DNA of 59,064 nt, counting the filler. It is 3 parts of 3 records of this genome, joined end to end, with 100 filler letters (N's around TTAATTAATTAA, not from the genome) between each part and the next. Parts side by side here need not be neighbours in the genome. Positions count along the whole stretch, not along the records: positions 1 to 23,600 come from DRR723986_7693; 2 more parts are not named here. One strand, written 5' to 3'. The notes below the pieces were generated by a model that worked only from the letters and a program-made list of their open reading frames with translations, was not told the origin of the DNA and did no database searches. Below are positions 1-11,574 of the stretch, in pieces (the stretch's first letter is position 1; each line of letters opens with the position of its first letter). A program made the position numbers and the translations under genes.

Positions 1-1271
1 GATTTTATCTGCGCCCCATATCGAATTTTAATTCGGCGGCCAGCAACAGAAGGCGTTGGGTGCTTTTCAAGGGCGTCCGCCAACCATTGATTAAACCCAG
101 ACGTTGGAATACGCGTGTTCCATAGCTCAAATGCCTCTGCAACCATGGGCATCAACTTTTGTGTGCCTTGACCAGTTAATCCGGAAAAATTGACTATTTT
201 AACCCCTTTGAGTTGAGGCAAGCTTGTCGTAAGAGCATCTTTTAACTGGCGGTGCACTTTCAAGCGGTCATCAACGGCATCCCATTTGTTTAAGGCGATA
301 ACCAAGGCCCGACCTTCATGGACGACTTTTTCTGCTATTTTCAGGTCTTGTTTCTCAATTCCAATTTCAGAATCGAGCAACAGCACAACAACTTCCGCAA
401 ACTGAACGGCACGAAAAGTATCTGCCACTGACATACGCTCTAACTTTTCAGTAACTCGCGCACGCTTACGCAGTCCGGCGGTGTCGAAAAGCTTAACCGG
501 CATACCGTCCCATTCCCAATCAACTGAAATGGAATCGCGTGTCAGCCCTGCCTCAGGGCCTGTAATCAATCGGTCTTCACCGAGCAAATAGTTAATCAGC
601 GTGGACTTACCTGCATTCGGACGCCCCACAATAGCGAGTCTTAAGGGTCGGTCATCCTCAGGCTCATCATGGTCAACAAATTCATACTCAAGATCGCCCT
701 CTTCCGGGCCTTCGTCAACAACGCGCTCTTCATTTGCATCGTCGTCTTCTTGACCGGCATAAGGGTCGATATCAATTGCTTTTAAAGCTTCCACCAATGC
801 CTGGTATAGTTCGCCTAGCCCGTCACCATGTTCGGCAGACAACCCAATGGGCTCGCCCAGTCCCAAGCTATATGCTTCATAAATACCATCAATAACGGCA
901 TTACCTTCGCATTTATTTGCCCCAACGATCACCGGCTTACCCATCTTTCGCAGCCAATCGGCAAAATGCTCATCCGTTGGGGTAACACCGGCACGGGCAT
1001 CATATAGCATCAGGGCAACATCAGCATCATCAAGCGCGCGCTCAGTTTGTTTGCGCATTCTGTCTGACAGTGATCCGGCTTCGCCTTGCTCCAAACCAGC
1101 AGTATCCATTAATGTGAATTCCAGGTCAGCAATGCTCCCTTCGCCTAACCTTCTGTCACGCGTAACACCCGGCGTATCATCAACAATAGCAATTTTCCGC
1201 CCAACCAGGCGGTTGAACAGCGTTGATTTGCCCACATTCGGTCGGCCAACTATTGCAAGTGTAAAAGTCAT
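1..1271 (-). CDS. der: Ribosome biogenesis GTPase Der/EngA (3' end runs off the window)
   Basis: Missing from the ORF track; read by hand from ATG at 1271: MTFTLAIVGRPNVGKSTLFNRLVG, with a second G domain IVGRPNAGKST and DTAG; lies downstream of the bamB-like gene. Confidence 0.95.
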   Translation of the reverse strand, partial: MTFTLAIVGRPNVGKSTLFNRLVGRKIAIVDDTPGVTRDRRLGEGSIADLEFTLMDTAGLEQGEAGSLSDRMRKQTERALDDADVALMLYDARAGVTPTDEHFADWLRKMGKPVIVGANKCEGNAVIDGIYEAYSLGLGEPIGLSAEHGDGLGELYQALVEALKAIDIDPYAGQEDDDANEERVVDEGPEEGDLEYEFVDHDEPEDDRPLRLAIVGRPNAGKSTLINYLLGEDRLITGPEAGLTRDSISVDWEWDGMPVKLFDTAGLRKRARVTEKLERMSVADTFRAVQFAEVVVLLLDSEIGIEKQDLKIAEKVVHEGRALVIALNKWDAVDDRLKVHRQLKDALTTSLPQLKGVKIVNFSGLTGQGTQKLMPMVAEAFELWNTRIPTSGFNQWLADALEKHPTPSVAGRRIKIRYGAQIK

Positions 1272-1292
1272 GATATCTATTTTTGCTCGCTA

Positions 1293-2645
1293 TTAGCGGT
1301 AGGCGAGCAATTCCCCTTCGTCTGTAAGCACTATGAAAGTGCCATCAACCACAATCGGGGCCGTGCTGCTACCCGCAGGAAGCTCTAGGCCGCTTAATAC
1401 TTCACCAGTATAGGGTGACAAAGATAAAGCATAGCCATGCGTGCTAGTAACAAGCAAACGGTTGCCTGCCAAAATCGGGCCATTCCATTTAATGAGATCA
1501 CGGCGCTTTTCTTGATCAAGAAACCTTTGCAATTGAGAAACCCAACGAACTTTGCCATCGCCAAGCGTTACGCTAACAACTTGACCATCAATTGTGGTCA
1601 AAAACGCAAAGTTTCCCGCTACCCATGGCATGTTAACGCCTGCAATATCAGCCTCCCAAGACCGCTCCCCACTTCGAATATCGATAGCCACCATGCTACC
1701 AGCGTGGCTCAGGGCATAAACCTTGCCGCGGTCAATAACAGGCTCACCATCAATGTCTGCAAGGGTTGCAAGCGGTGTAAGTCGCCGAGAACTAGACAAG
1801 GTATCTTGCCACAAAATTCGCCCATTACCAGCTAGCATGGCTATTAACTCCCCCGAGGAAAGGGCAACAACTACAGTACCATTGTCAAATGCGGGGGTTG
1901 CAGCGCCTAGCATACCTGCATTCTCGGCAATGCCTACTTGGTCCCATATTCGGCTGCCATCTGAAGCGTTGAGAGCCAACATTTGATTATCGTGAGTTAC
2001 AGCAAAAATTCTGCCCGCTTCCGCCGTAGGCGCACCGCGAAATGGCACGCCGGCATTGAAGCGCCATAGTTCACGACCTGATCTAGCGTCAAATGCTGCC
2101 AGAAAACCAAAACCTGATGTTGCAAAAACCTTACCGTCGGCATATGCAACGCCGCCACCAAAGCCAACATTGCTGCGCTCATCGGGGTTACGGAATTCTG
2201 CCGACCATAACAAGCTACCGTTTGCTAGCGAAACAGCGAACAAGTCGCCTTCAACATCAAGGGCAAAAACGCGTCCATCAGCAGCGACGGGGCCGGAAAT
2301 GACGCGCCGATACTTGCCATTTCCTCTGCCAATATTACGCCGCCATGCAAGCGATAGGGTGTCCGCAATTTCCAAATGTTGAATGCTGTGTGCAGCGTTG
2401 CCACCCGGCAGAGCCCAGTTTTGATTTCTATAGGGGCGCGGCAGAACTATTGAAAGGTTGCTAATAGAATTATCGGCGTCGAGTGTTTGAGTGGATGTTA
2501 GAATAGAAATTCGCTCTCGGCCTTCATCATCGTAACTTTGCTTGGGTTTGCTATCGCCGCCAAACCAACCACACGCCCCTAATGAAACAGCTGCTATTAG
2601 TGCAGTAAAAACACGCAGCGATGGCGCTAAGAAAGCTTTAATCAT
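1293..2645 (-). CDS. bamB: PQQ-like beta-propeller lipoprotein, BamB-like
   Basis: Lipobox LGAC, repeated A.D...G...W propeller blades, yfgM-bamB-der gene order. Confidence 0.8.
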   Translation of the reverse strand: MIKAFLAPSLRVFTALIAAVSLGACGWFGGDSKPKQSYDDEGRERISILTSTQTLDADNSISNLSIVLPRPYRNQNWALPGGNAAHSIQHLEIADTLSLAWRRNIGRGNGKYRRVISGPVAADGRVFALDVEGDLFAVSLANGSLLWSAEFRNPDERSNVGFGGGVAYADGKVFATSGFGFLAAFDARSGRELWRFNAGVPFRGAPTAEAGRIFAVTHDNQMLALNASDGSRIWDQVGIAENAGMLGAATPAFDNGTVVVALSSGELIAMLAGNGRILWQDTLSSSRRLTPLATLADIDGEPVIDRGKVYALSHAGSMVAIDIRSGERSWEADIAGVNMPWVAGNFAFLTTIDGQVVSVTLGDGKVRWVSQLQRFLDQEKRRDLIKWNGPILAGNRLLVTSTHGYALSLSPYTGEVLSGLELPAGSSTAPIVVDGTFIVLTDEGELLAYR

Positions 2646-3424
2646 TGGTCCTTTCCTTCAGCGCTTGATGATACAGCAGCTTCAGAAGTGTTATCCGTAT
2701 TTTCAGGTGCAGGAGTTTCACTTGCAGCGTCTGTTTCAAGCCCCGAAAGCGGGTCAATACCCAATTGCTTTTCTAAAGCGGCCTTCAGCTGTGTCGCACG
2801 CGCTGAAATGCCTGGCGGCGTTTCAAGGTCATTCACTAATTGAGTAAAGCCGGCTAGTGCAGCTTCCTTATCGCCTATCTTGAGATCAACAAGCGCCAAT
2901 TGTTCTAGGCCTGAGAAATACCAGGGTTCACCTTTAATAGCGACAACCGACAGTCTTGCACGGGCATCATCTAGGTCTGTACCTTCACGAGAAACCAGCA
3001 TTCCAGCAAATAATTGCGCCATGCTGCGAAGGCTTTGATCTGCGTTAGAGTCCGCCGCGACAGCGTCATAACTTGAAATTGCTGTCGGAACATCACCATT
3101 TGCAGAAGCTGCAGCTGCCAGACGCATCCGCCCGAGGGTAGCATACCCATCTTTTAAATCTGGCAGAGCATTTTGCCAGATTTGTACAGCATTTGCGCTA
3201 TCTTCTGTGCTCGCTAAGTTTGCCGCTTCAAAAGCAGTAGAACTTGCTTCTTCCTGCGACTGAATATAGCTTGTGTAACCTTCGCGTCCGCCAACCAGTA
3301 ATACAATACCAACTGCCAAACCGATTAGATATTTACCGTACGCATTCCATAACTGATTCATACGCTCCCGGCGTACTTCATCATCCACTTCCTGAGCGAT
3401 CAGATCCGAATTTATGTCTGACAC
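2642..3424 (-). CDS. TPR-containing membrane-anchored protein, YfgM-like
   Basis: N-terminal EVDDEVRRE..W..YG followed by one TM helix and helical repeats; directly upstream of bamB. Confidence 0.8.
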   Translation of the reverse strand: MSDINSDLIAQEVDDEVRRERMNQLWNAYGKYLIGLAVGIVLLVGGREGYTSYIQSQEEASSTAFEAANLASTEDSANAVQIWQNALPDLKDGYATLGRMRLAAAASANGDVPTAISSYDAVAADSNADQSLRSMAQLFAGMLVSREGTDLDDARARLSVVAIKGEPWYFSGLEQLALVDLKIGDKEAALAGFTQLVNDLETPPGISARATQLKAALEKQLGIDPLSGLETDAASETPAPENTDNTSEAAVSSSAEGKDQ

Positions 3425-3593
3425 ACTATACTCCTCAGAAAAAGCCAGCCTTAAACAATCAATTAAGCGGCAAAATAAAGTAATGTTGGGGCAAAATGGC
3501 CCTAACCTATTAAAAATCGCGCCACCATAGCCAAAGCCGGGCCGATAAGCAACGCCAACTCAACAGTTAATTGTGGTGATTCTTCGACGTTTG

Positions 3594-4442
3594 CTAGGAA
3601 TTCGCTTCACGCATTTTATAGGTATGCTCGTCAGCCGGGAATGACCGGGCTCGCACCTCTTCCGCATACCCCTGAATTGCGGCTTCAATATCATGCCCAA
3701 TTTCGGCAAAACGCTTTACAAACTTGGGGTTTATCGCAAACAAACCTAACATATCTTCTGTTACAAGTATTTGCCCATCACATCCACTTGAGGCGCCTAT
3801 ACCAATCACTGGGCAAGGTACAATTTCAGTAATTTTCCGTCCCAGAGGCTCCGCAACACCTTCGAGAACTAATGCAAACGCACCCGCTTCAGCAATTGCA
3901 ATAGCGTCATCAATAATTGGTTGCCATTCATCGGCCGATCGGCCTCGGGCTGCATAACCACCATGCACATGCACACTTTGCGGCATCAAACCAACATGGC
4001 CAAGAACCGGAATGCCACGACTTGATAGAAACCGAACCGTTTCTGCCATTTCTTTTCCGCCCTCCAGCTTAACAGCCCCTGCTCCGGTTTCAGAGAGCGC
4101 TCTGGCAGCATTTCTAAACGCCTGTTCTTTTGACTCTTCATAAGTACCAAAAGGCAGATCTATTACCACCAAGGCTTGTTTGGCGCCGCGACAGACAGCC
4201 CGACCATGACGTATCATCATATCAAGGTCCACGCCAAGCGTACTATCCATGCCGTATAGAACCATCCCAACGCTATCGCCCACCAAGAGAAGATCGCAGT
4301 GTTTATCAAGCCGTGCTGCCATGGGGGTAATGTAGGCTGTTAAGCACACAATCGGTGTACTGCCTTTCATACCCGCAATATTTTTCGCCGTTGCTTGCCG
4401 TTTGGGTCGTACATCGATCACTGTTTTGTCAGTCGTTGACAC
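3594..4442 (-). CDS. panB: 3-methyl-2-oxobutanoate hydroxymethyltransferase
   Basis: [23 protein letters not shown] and GHVGLMPQ motifs; likely GTG start at 4442 preceded by AGGAGG. Confidence 0.95.
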   Translation of the reverse strand: MSTTDKTVIDVRPKRQATAKNIAGMKGSTPIVCLTAYITPMAARLDKHCDLLLVGDSVGMVLYGMDSTLGVDLDMMIRHGRAVCRGAKQALVVIDLPFGTYEESKEQAFRNAARALSETGAGAVKLEGGKEMAETVRFLSSRGIPVLGHVGLMPQSVHVHGGYAARGRSADEWQPIIDDAIAIAEAGAFALVLEGVAEPLGRKITEIVPCPVIGIGASSGCDGQILVTEDMLGLFAINPKFVKRFAEIGHDIEAAIQGYAEEVRARSFPADEHTYKMREANS

Positions 4443-4680
4443 ATTGCGCCTCCTGATCGCATTTAGCCGTGGTTGGCTTGTTTTAGCGAGAATATGCATT
4501 TTTACAACTCGCATAAACAATAACAGCGCATATTTCACTATGAACACTGTGGTGAGAGCATAATAATTTATGCTATCTGGAAATTTAATGCAGTTGATTA
4601 AGGTTCCAGTTTCTTTTTAAATTCTATACCTTATATTACCTCATCATTAGGGCGTTTGTATTTATCTAGGGGAATATACC

Positions 4681-5175
4681 ATGCCAGAAATTACACTGTT
4701 CGGTTGGTTTCACACAATCATTGCTATCGTTGCACTGCTTTCTGGCGTGTATTCCTTAGCAAAATACAAAGTGTTAATGGCCAAAAATACGAGTGCAAAA
4801 ATTTACCTTATCTGTACATTTATCGCTGCTGCATCAGCGCTTGGAATATACAATGCTAGCGGAAGTTTTAATCCAGCCCACGGCTTGGCAATTTTAACCC
4901 TACTTGCACTATTGGTTGGCAGAACAGCGGAAACAACAAAGTTATTTCGTGGTCTATCGCCCTACCTGCAAGCAACTGCTTATTCCGCAACCTTTTTGTT
5001 TCACATGATTCCAGCAATAACTGACGGGTTGATGCGGCTGCCCGTAGACGGCCCAATTGTAACCGACATTGAGGACCCATTTCTGCGTGGCTTTTACCTT
5101 GCATTTTTAATCACATATATTGTGGGCCTTGTGCTGCAACTTCTTTGGTTACGAAAGAATAACAGTAATACCTGA
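4681..5175 (+). CDS. Multi-pass integral membrane protein of unknown function (DUF2306-like)
   Basis: 164 aa, about five hydrophobic segments, His residues in TM segments, GGGGA RBS. Confidence 0.7.
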   Translation: MPEITLFGWFHTIIAIVALLSGVYSLAKYKVLMAKNTSAKIYLICTFIAAASALGIYNASGSFNPAHGLAILTLLALLVGRTAETTKLFRGLSPYLQATAYSATFLFHMIPAITDGLMRLPVDGPIVTDIEDPFLRGFYLAFLITYIVGLVLQLLWLRKNNSNT

Positions 5176-5232
5176 CAATTCTGCTGATTAGTGTTGTCAT
5201 CACCTAAGAATGATAAATCTGATATTTTGCGG

Positions 5233-6273
5233 TTAAGCTGCAGCAATTTCTTTTGTCAATTTGGCCATCAAATCGTTGGCTGACATAGACCTAATTTGAT
5301 CAAAGGCTTGCCCGGCCCAAAGGCTTTGATACTCACCGTTATTCATCTTAACAGCCCAGTTTCGAAGATTACCCGTCAGTGTATTTTGAGCGGGAAAGGG
5401 CAAAACCGGCTTATTTTCCATCATTTTAATGAATTCATTTTCAATGCCACGTGCTCGCCTGCCGGAAAATGCGACGGTAAATGATGTCTTTCGACTTTGT
5501 TGATTCAATAAAAATTCACGGTATGTGTGTTTTGTACCTGCTTCATCACAACACAAAAAAGCAGTTCCCATTTGTGCAGCTGAAGCACCTAACTTCAACG
5601 CTTTTGCAATATCCCCTCCATTCATAATCCCTCCGGCAGCAGCAATTTCCAAATTGGTGTTTCTGGAGAGCTCGGTGATAAGTTCATGCAACGGCAAATT
5701 TTCATCCGAAACTGTCGGATCAAATGTCCCTCTATGACCACCAGCCTCAAAACCTTGAGCAACAATGAAATCTGCGCCAGCCTTCTCGATGGCGACGCCC
5801 TCGTCTATGTTAGTTGCAGTTATACCAACCGCTATCCCTAGCGACTGAGCCTTTTCAATAGTCTTTTGAGCAGGAATACCAAAATGAAAAGTCAGTATAT
5901 CTGGTTTATGATGCCAAATTGGCTCCAACTGCTCTTCGAGGTCCGGGAAAAAAGGCGCTTCTGGAATCGCAAGGGGATAACCTTCTCCAAACTGCAGCGC
6001 TTTCAAGGCTTCAAGTGCAGCGGCTTGATGTTCCTGACCTGGCAAGTTGATCGGTTCAAAAATAAAGAAATTAGCATTTAAAAAACCATCGGTTAATTCT
6101 CTGGTGGCTTTCAAATCTTCGGAAATTCTTTGCGCCGTGCTATAGGCAAAGCCGAAACTACCAACGCCGCCTGCATTAGCAACGGCACCCGCCAATGCAG
6201 GTGTATTCAGCCCCCCAGCCATAGGCGCTTGAATGATTGGAATTTTCAAATTTGAAAGCGTGAACATAGACAT
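5233..6273 (-). CDS. Nitronate monooxygenase family flavoprotein
   Basis: PIIQAPMAGG, QGFEAGGHRG, AAGGIM and QMGTAFL motifs. Confidence 0.92.
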   Translation of the reverse strand: MSMFTLSNLKIPIIQAPMAGGLNTPALAGAVANAGGVGSFGFAYSTAQRISEDLKATRELTDGFLNANFFIFEPINLPGQEHQAAALEALKALQFGEGYPLAIPEAPFFPDLEEQLEPIWHHKPDILTFHFGIPAQKTIEKAQSLGIAVGITATNIDEGVAIEKAGADFIVAQGFEAGGHRGTFDPTVSDENLPLHELITELSRNTNLEIAAAGGIMNGGDIAKALKLGASAAQMGTAFLCCDEAGTKHTYREFLLNQQSRKTSFTVAFSGRRARGIENEFIKMMENKPVLPFPAQNTLTGNLRNWAVKMNNGEYQSLWAGQAFDQIRSMSANDLMAKLTKEIAAA

Positions 6274-6303
6274 AAAGAAGTACCCAGATTGTGTGATTAT
6301 TGC

Positions 6304-6912
6304 TCAGTATCTCGCTTCACGCCACATAGCCCAAAGTGTTGGGCATTCACCCGCCGGCGAAATTATTTCCATTACTTCAAAGCCAAATCTCCGGTAGAAG
6401 GCAACGTTACTTTCCTTGCTACTCTCAAGATAGGTGGGCATATGATGCGCATCTACCCGCTCTAGACCAACCTGCATCAACATACCCCCAAGACCTTTTC
6501 CTTGGTGATGTTTGCGCGCGCCAATGGCAAACAAATAATAATGCGGTGCAACAGGCTTTGCTTTAGTGAGGGCCTCATCAACGGCCATGCCCCTAGATAA
6601 AGAGCCCATGCCGCTGTGTTTGATCATTGATGCCGCAATATCAAGACTGTTCCATAGAGGTATGCTTTTACCTACGCCAGGCGGCAACCATAGTGAACCG
6701 CAATTTCCATTCTCCGTAGCATGACCATACCCTTTGGGCAGATATAGTTTCTTTGCGGCTTTTTCATAGAATTGACGGATACTCTCTTGACCGCCAAATA
6801 TCCATTTATTAACCGGGTCGTCAGAAAAGCTATCGCCGATAATATCGCCAATGAGACGATGCTCGCCTATCAAAAGGTCTCTATGATCTGTCACGACCAA
6901 TTGCTCGTTCAC
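6304..6912 (-). CDS. GNAT family N-acetyltransferase
   Basis: HYYLFAIG..HQGKGLG acetyl-CoA motif and YLESS..NVAFYRRFGF. Confidence 0.88.
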   Translation of the reverse strand: MNEQLVVTDHRDLLIGEHRLIGDIIGDSFSDDPVNKWIFGGQESIRQFYEKAAKKLYLPKGYGHATENGNCGSLWLPPGVGKSIPLWNSLDIAASMIKHSGMGSLSRGMAVDEALTKAKPVAPHYYLFAIGARKHHQGKGLGGMLMQVGLERVDAHHMPTYLESSKESNVAFYRRFGFEVMEIISPAGECPTLWAMWREARY

Positions 6913-7069
6913 ACTCAGTTGAGCCTAACGACACCGCCTTAATAAAAATACGGTTTTGAGTGGTCGAAAACTTTTTAAATATTGCCATTCAATCTTCTAC
7001 TTAATCTCAATGGAAAAAGTTATGTTGTTCCCTATCCCATATATTTACAGCTGTTCACCATAAACATTA

Positions 7070-7951
7070 TTAATGTTCATTTTTCCTTTTGAATAAAGCG
7101 CGGCCCATTCCAGAAGCAATATCAATTCCAACCAACACGAAACCGTTCAATAATAAATGATTGGTGAGAACGCTCAGAGTTTCTTCACTCTTCAATCCTC
7201 GCTCCTCTCCCCCATCAACCGCCAAATATTCTACTTTTTTCAGCGTGCTTTGCGCACCCATTAATATTTCCGGTTCTAGGCCTTCAGCCTCTAGTTTCAG
7301 CAACTTAATGCTTTTTAACGCATTAGATGATGCATATTCGTCAAGGGTGATGGTTTGGATTATCACTTTCTTTTGAAAACCGTCACTTGGTTCTAGTATG
7401 GAAGAATCTCCACCTTCAGAGGCAACATAAAACTCCACCTCTCGTGTTTCACTAAAAAGACCTTTTTTGTTATTGCTAGAATGCGGAGCATTCCTTTGAA
7501 TACACTGGTATTCACGTTCAGACGGCTCGAATGTGTGATAATTTTCAGGTTTAATATGTTTCTTAAAAAACAGAAACAAATCGGAATAATTTGCACCACA
7601 ATCAATAATTAAATCATTTGATTCAAATTCAATACGATCAAGCAAGTATGATTTTGCTAACTTTTGACTGCGAAAGCTTAATCCATTTGAATATAACTCA
7701 TAGCCTCTCATTTTTTCAGAATAAAAATGATTTTCTGATCCGTCTGAAGCAAAGTAGAGCGTTGATTTTTTATCATAAGCAAAACGAACAGAATTACCTT
7801 TAAGTTTTTGATGCAAATTCTTAACGGAACAACTTGCATGTGGACCCAAATGGAATAGAACTCTGTTAGAAAAATCCGTAAAAAACAGTCTATGCGCGTC
7901 AAACAATACCACAAAATAATATTTAATTAATCCAAGTAATTTCAATTGCAT
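7070..7951 (-). CDS. FkbM family SAM-dependent methyltransferase
   Basis: IIDCGAN, TFEPS, ITLDEY and IKLLKLEAEGLEPEILMG; AT-rich relative to neighbours. Confidence 0.85.
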   Translation of the reverse strand: MQLKLLGLIKYYFVVLFDAHRLFFTDFSNRVLFHLGPHASCSVKNLHQKLKGNSVRFAYDKKSTLYFASDGSENHFYSEKMRGYELYSNGLSFRSQKLAKSYLLDRIEFESNDLIIDCGANYSDLFLFFKKHIKPENYHTFEPSEREYQCIQRNAPHSSNNKKGLFSETREVEFYVASEGGDSSILEPSDGFQKKVIIQTITLDEYASSNALKSIKLLKLEAEGLEPEILMGAQSTLKKVEYLAVDGGEERGLKSEETLSVLTNHLLLNGFVLVGIDIASGMGRALFKRKNEH

Positions 7952-7976
7952 TCCTATCTAAAAACAAAAACGTACA

Positions 7977-9524
7977 TTATTCCCACTCAATGGTGCCGGG
8001 TGGCTTTGATGTGATGTCGTATACAACTCTGTTAATACCGCGCACTTCATTAATGATACGCGTCGCAACCCTGCCCAAAAAATCATGCGGGAATGGATAA
8101 TAGTCAGCGGTCATGCCATCAGTAGAGTTTACAGCCCTTATGGCACATACATGATCATAGGTGCGGGCATCACCCATTACGCCCACAGTTTTAACCGGCA
8201 GCAAAACGGCGAAGGCCTGCCAAATGCTATCATAAAGTCCAGCATTTCTAATTTCTTCTAGATAAATAGCATCTGCCTTACGCAGTATATCAGCCTTTTC
8301 GCGCGTAATTTCCCCTGGAATACGAATGGCAAGCCCAGGCCCAGGGAAAGGATGCCGACTGACGAAGTCTTCATGTAGCCCTAATTCTTGGCCTAACAAA
8401 CGAACTTCGTCCTTAAACAACTCACGCAGAGGCTCAACAAGGTCCATTTTCATACGTGCAGGCAAACCACCAACATTATGATGCGATTTAATAGTAACCG
8501 AAGGGCCACCAATGAATGATACAGACTCGATCACATCCGGGTATAATGTCCCCTGTGCCAAAAAGTCTGCCCCACCAACTTTGCGGGCTTCTTCGTCAAA
8601 CACATCTATAAACAAACCGCCAATGATTTTGCGTTTGCGCTCTGGATCAGTCACGCCCGCTAATTTACCAAGAAAAAGATCGGAGGCATCGCGGTGGACC
8701 AGTTTGATGTTGTAATGCTCGCGGAACAGGCTAACCACCTGGTCACTCTCTCCTGCCCGCATCAAACCGTGGTCAACATAAACACACGTTAGCTGATCAC
8801 CGATGGCTTCATGCAACAAAACCGCAACTACAGAACTATCAACACCACCCGACAAGCCACAAATAACTCTTTTATCGCCAACCTGTTCACGGATTTCAGC
8901 AATTTTGGTTTCCTTGAAGCTGGCCATGGTCCAATCGCCAGAACAACCGCATATCTTGGTGACAAAGTTTTCCAAAAGCTTTGCACCATGCGGGGTGTGA
9001 ACCACTTCAGGGTGAAATTGAACGCCGTATAGATTTCTTGCTTCGTGAGCGATAGCAGCAAAGGGTGCCCCTTCGCTTGTGGCAACAATGCCAAAACCAC
9101 TTGGCAGCGCGTCAACATGATCCCCGTGGCTCATCCATACTTGCTCGCGATCACCTTTCGCCCAAACACCGTCAAAAAGCTGGCATTCTTGTGTAACATC
9201 AACAAACGCACGGCCAAATTCCTGATGGTCAGATGAGGTAACACTGCCACCTAACTGCTCCACCATTGTTTGCTGGCCGTAACAAATACCCAGAATTGGT
9301 ATACCCATCGTATAAATTCGTTCAGGCGCGCGCGGCGTATCTGAATGGGTAACGCTCGCAGGCCCACCAGACAAAATAATGCCCGCAGCACCGAAGCCGT
9401 CCAACATCTGTTCCGCCATATTGAATGGCACGATCTCGCAGTAAACCCCTGCCTCACGAACGCGGCGAGCTATTAACTGTGTAACCTGAGAACCAAAATC
9501 AATAATCAGAATATTATCGCTCAT
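7977..9524 (-). CDS. guaA: GMP synthase (glutamine-hydrolysing)
   Basis: [32 protein letters not shown] and C-terminal [10 protein letters not shown]. Confidence 0.99.
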   Translation of the reverse strand: MSDNILIIDFGSQVTQLIARRVREAGVYCEIVPFNMAEQMLDGFGAAGIILSGGPASVTHSDTPRAPERIYTMGIPILGICYGQQTMVEQLGGSVTSSDHQEFGRAFVDVTQECQLFDGVWAKGDREQVWMSHGDHVDALPSGFGIVATSEGAPFAAIAHEARNLYGVQFHPEVVHTPHGAKLLENFVTKICGCSGDWTMASFKETKIAEIREQVGDKRVICGLSGGVDSSVVAVLLHEAIGDQLTCVYVDHGLMRAGESDQVVSLFREHYNIKLVHRDASDLFLGKLAGVTDPERKRKIIGGLFIDVFDEEARKVGGADFLAQGTLYPDVIESVSFIGGPSVTIKSHHNVGGLPARMKMDLVEPLRELFKDEVRLLGQELGLHEDFVSRHPFPGPGLAIRIPGEITREKADILRKADAIYLEEIRNAGLYDSIWQAFAVLLPVKTVGVMGDARTYDHVCAIRAVNSTDGMTADYYPFPHDFLGRVATRIINEVRGINRVVYDITSKPPGTIEWE

Positions 9525-9569
9525 AAAAGGCGTTCCCCGTATTTATTTTGAAATTCTTAAGCTGAAAAC

Positions 9570-9595
9570 AAAATGGAGCCAAAAGGCTCCATTTT
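9570..9595. terminator. Rho-independent terminator hairpin downstream of aspS
   Basis: AAAATGGAGCC-AAAA-GGCTCCATTTT perfect inverted repeat. Confidence 0.75.
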
Positions 9596-9602
9596 TCAAC
9601 TA

Positions 9603-11402
9603 TTATTCGTTGTCTTTTGTCGCTTCTTTTTTTGGCGGCTCTACCGACCGAATGTAAAGCTCTCGAAGCTGTTTGTTATCAACTGTGCTAGGTGCACCCA
9701 TCATCAGGTCCTCGGCCTTCTGATTCATCGGGAACATGATAACTTCCCGAATATTAGGCTCATCGGCCAACAGCATAACCATACGGTCAACACCAGGTGC
9801 TAGCCCACCATGCGGCGGCGCGCCGTATTTGAACGCGTTCAACATACCGCCAAATTCAGCTTCAACCGTTGCCTCATCATAACCAGCCATACCAAACGCT
9901 TTAATCATTATGTCAGGGCGATGGTTCCGAATAGCACCAGAAGACAATTCAATACCGTTACAAATGATGTCATACTGATAAGCAAGAATTTCAAGCGGAT
10001 CTTCGTTTTCCAGCGCTTCCATACCGCCTTGTGGCATAGAGAATGGATTGTGAGAGAAATCAATCTTCTTATTTTCTTCATCATATTCAAACATGGGATA
10101 ATCAACGACCCAGCAGAATTTAAACTCATCATCCGAGATCAAGCCAAGCATTTCACCAACGCGTGTGCGAGCAACACCTGCGAGGCGTGCAGCACCCTCT
10201 TCTTTGTCACATGCAAAGAAAACACCGTCATTAGGACCAAGACCCATATCAGAAAGAAGTTTGCTGGTTGCCTCTTCGCCTAGTGCTTTCGCAATGGGAC
10301 CTCGCGCAACACCTTCACTTACGTTGATGTACCCTAGTCCTGCAAAGCCTTCTTTCTTGGCCCAATCATTGGTTGCATCAAAGAATTTACGGCGCGACAT
10401 AGGACCAGAACCCGGCGCAGGAATAGCGCGAACAACAGAACCAGATTCGATCATGTTGGCAAAAATACCGAACCCAGAGCCTCTAAATGCTTCTGTCACA
10501 TCCTGAATTTCAATGGGGTTACGCAGGTCAGGTTTATCATTACCATATTTAAGCATCGATTCTTTAAAGGCGATACGTGGGAACGGTGCTTCCGTAATCT
10601 TTTTATCGGAGAATTTCTTAAACACATTGACCAACACAGGTTCAATGGCGGCAAAAACATCTTCCTGCGTTACGAAGCTCATTTCAACATCAAGCTGGTA
10701 GAACTCACCGGGGCTACGATCGGCCCGTGCATCTTCATCGCGGAAACATGGCGCAATCTGAAAATATCGATCAAAGCCTGAAACCATAATCAGCTGTTTA
10801 AACTGCTGCGGCGCCTGAGGTAGTGCATAGAACTTACCAGGATGCTGACGTGCAGGAACCAAAAAGTCACGGGCGCCTTCCGGGCTCGAAGCAGTAAGGA
10901 TAGGCGTTTGAAACTCGTTAAAGCCCTGCCCCGTCATTTCTGAACGCAATTCTGATATTACTTTTGAACGCAATAAAATATTATTATGAATACGCTCGCG
11001 CCTCAGGTCCAGAAAGCGGTAGGTAAGGCGAATATCTTCTGGATATTCAGTTTCGCCGAACACTGGCAACGGCAATTCACCAGCAGCAGACAACACTTCC
11101 AGTTCAGAAACGTAAATTTCCACATCGCCGGTCGCAAGTTCCTTGTTAATTGTTTCATCGCTGCGCGCTTTTACGACGCCGTCTATGCGAATAACACTTT
11201 CTGCACGCACGTCTTCAGCGGCTGCAAATGATGGACTGTCCACATCAAAAACAAGTTGGGTCATGCCATAGTTATCGCGCAGGTCGATAAACAACAGCCC
11301 GCCATGGTCACGTTTGCGGTGTACCCAACCAGAGAGACGCACTGTCTCACCAACATGGTCTAGGCGAAGTTCGGTACAGGTATGTGAGCGATATTCGTGC
11401 AT
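9603..11402 (-). CDS. aspS: Aspartate--tRNA ligase (probably non-discriminating)
   Basis: [29 protein letters not shown] and GAPPHGG. Confidence 0.99.
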   Translation of the reverse strand: MHEYRSHTCTELRLDHVGETVRLSGWVHRKRDHGGLLFIDLRDNYGMTQLVFDVDSPSFAAAEDVRAESVIRIDGVVKARSDETINKELATGDVEIYVSELEVLSAAGELPLPVFGETEYPEDIRLTYRFLDLRRERIHNNILLRSKVISELRSEMTGQGFNEFQTPILTASSPEGARDFLVPARQHPGKFYALPQAPQQFKQLIMVSGFDRYFQIAPCFRDEDARADRSPGEFYQLDVEMSFVTQEDVFAAIEPVLVNVFKKFSDKKITEAPFPRIAFKESMLKYGNDKPDLRNPIEIQDVTEAFRGSGFGIFANMIESGSVVRAIPAPGSGPMSRRKFFDATNDWAKKEGFAGLGYINVSEGVARGPIAKALGEEATSKLLSDMGLGPNDGVFFACDKEEGAARLAGVARTRVGEMLGLISDDEFKFCWVVDYPMFEYDEENKKIDFSHNPFSMPQGGMEALENEDPLEILAYQYDIICNGIELSSGAIRNHRPDIMIKAFGMAGYDEATVEAEFGGMLNAFKYGAPPHGGLAPGVDRMVMLLADEPNIREVIMFPMNQKAEDLMMGAPSTVDNKQLRELYIRSVEPPKKEATKDNE

Positions 11403-11574
11403 AATTTCCTACATATTTTACTATTAAATATCGTGAGTTTTACCCACAAATTTTGGCCGGAAAAACGCATGAAAAACGCCACTTGTCAAGGCTACAGGCA
11501 ATTTAGCGAATAGAAAGCGTGACGTGCCGCCCCTAACTGTGTAATAGAAGCGCCAAACAATAACGGAATATGGC

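Noticed and set aside
6990-8010. Possible att duplication of the guaA 3' end (CTCAATGG near 7006)
   Set aside because: Only about 8 bp match, expected by chance; no integrase in the contig
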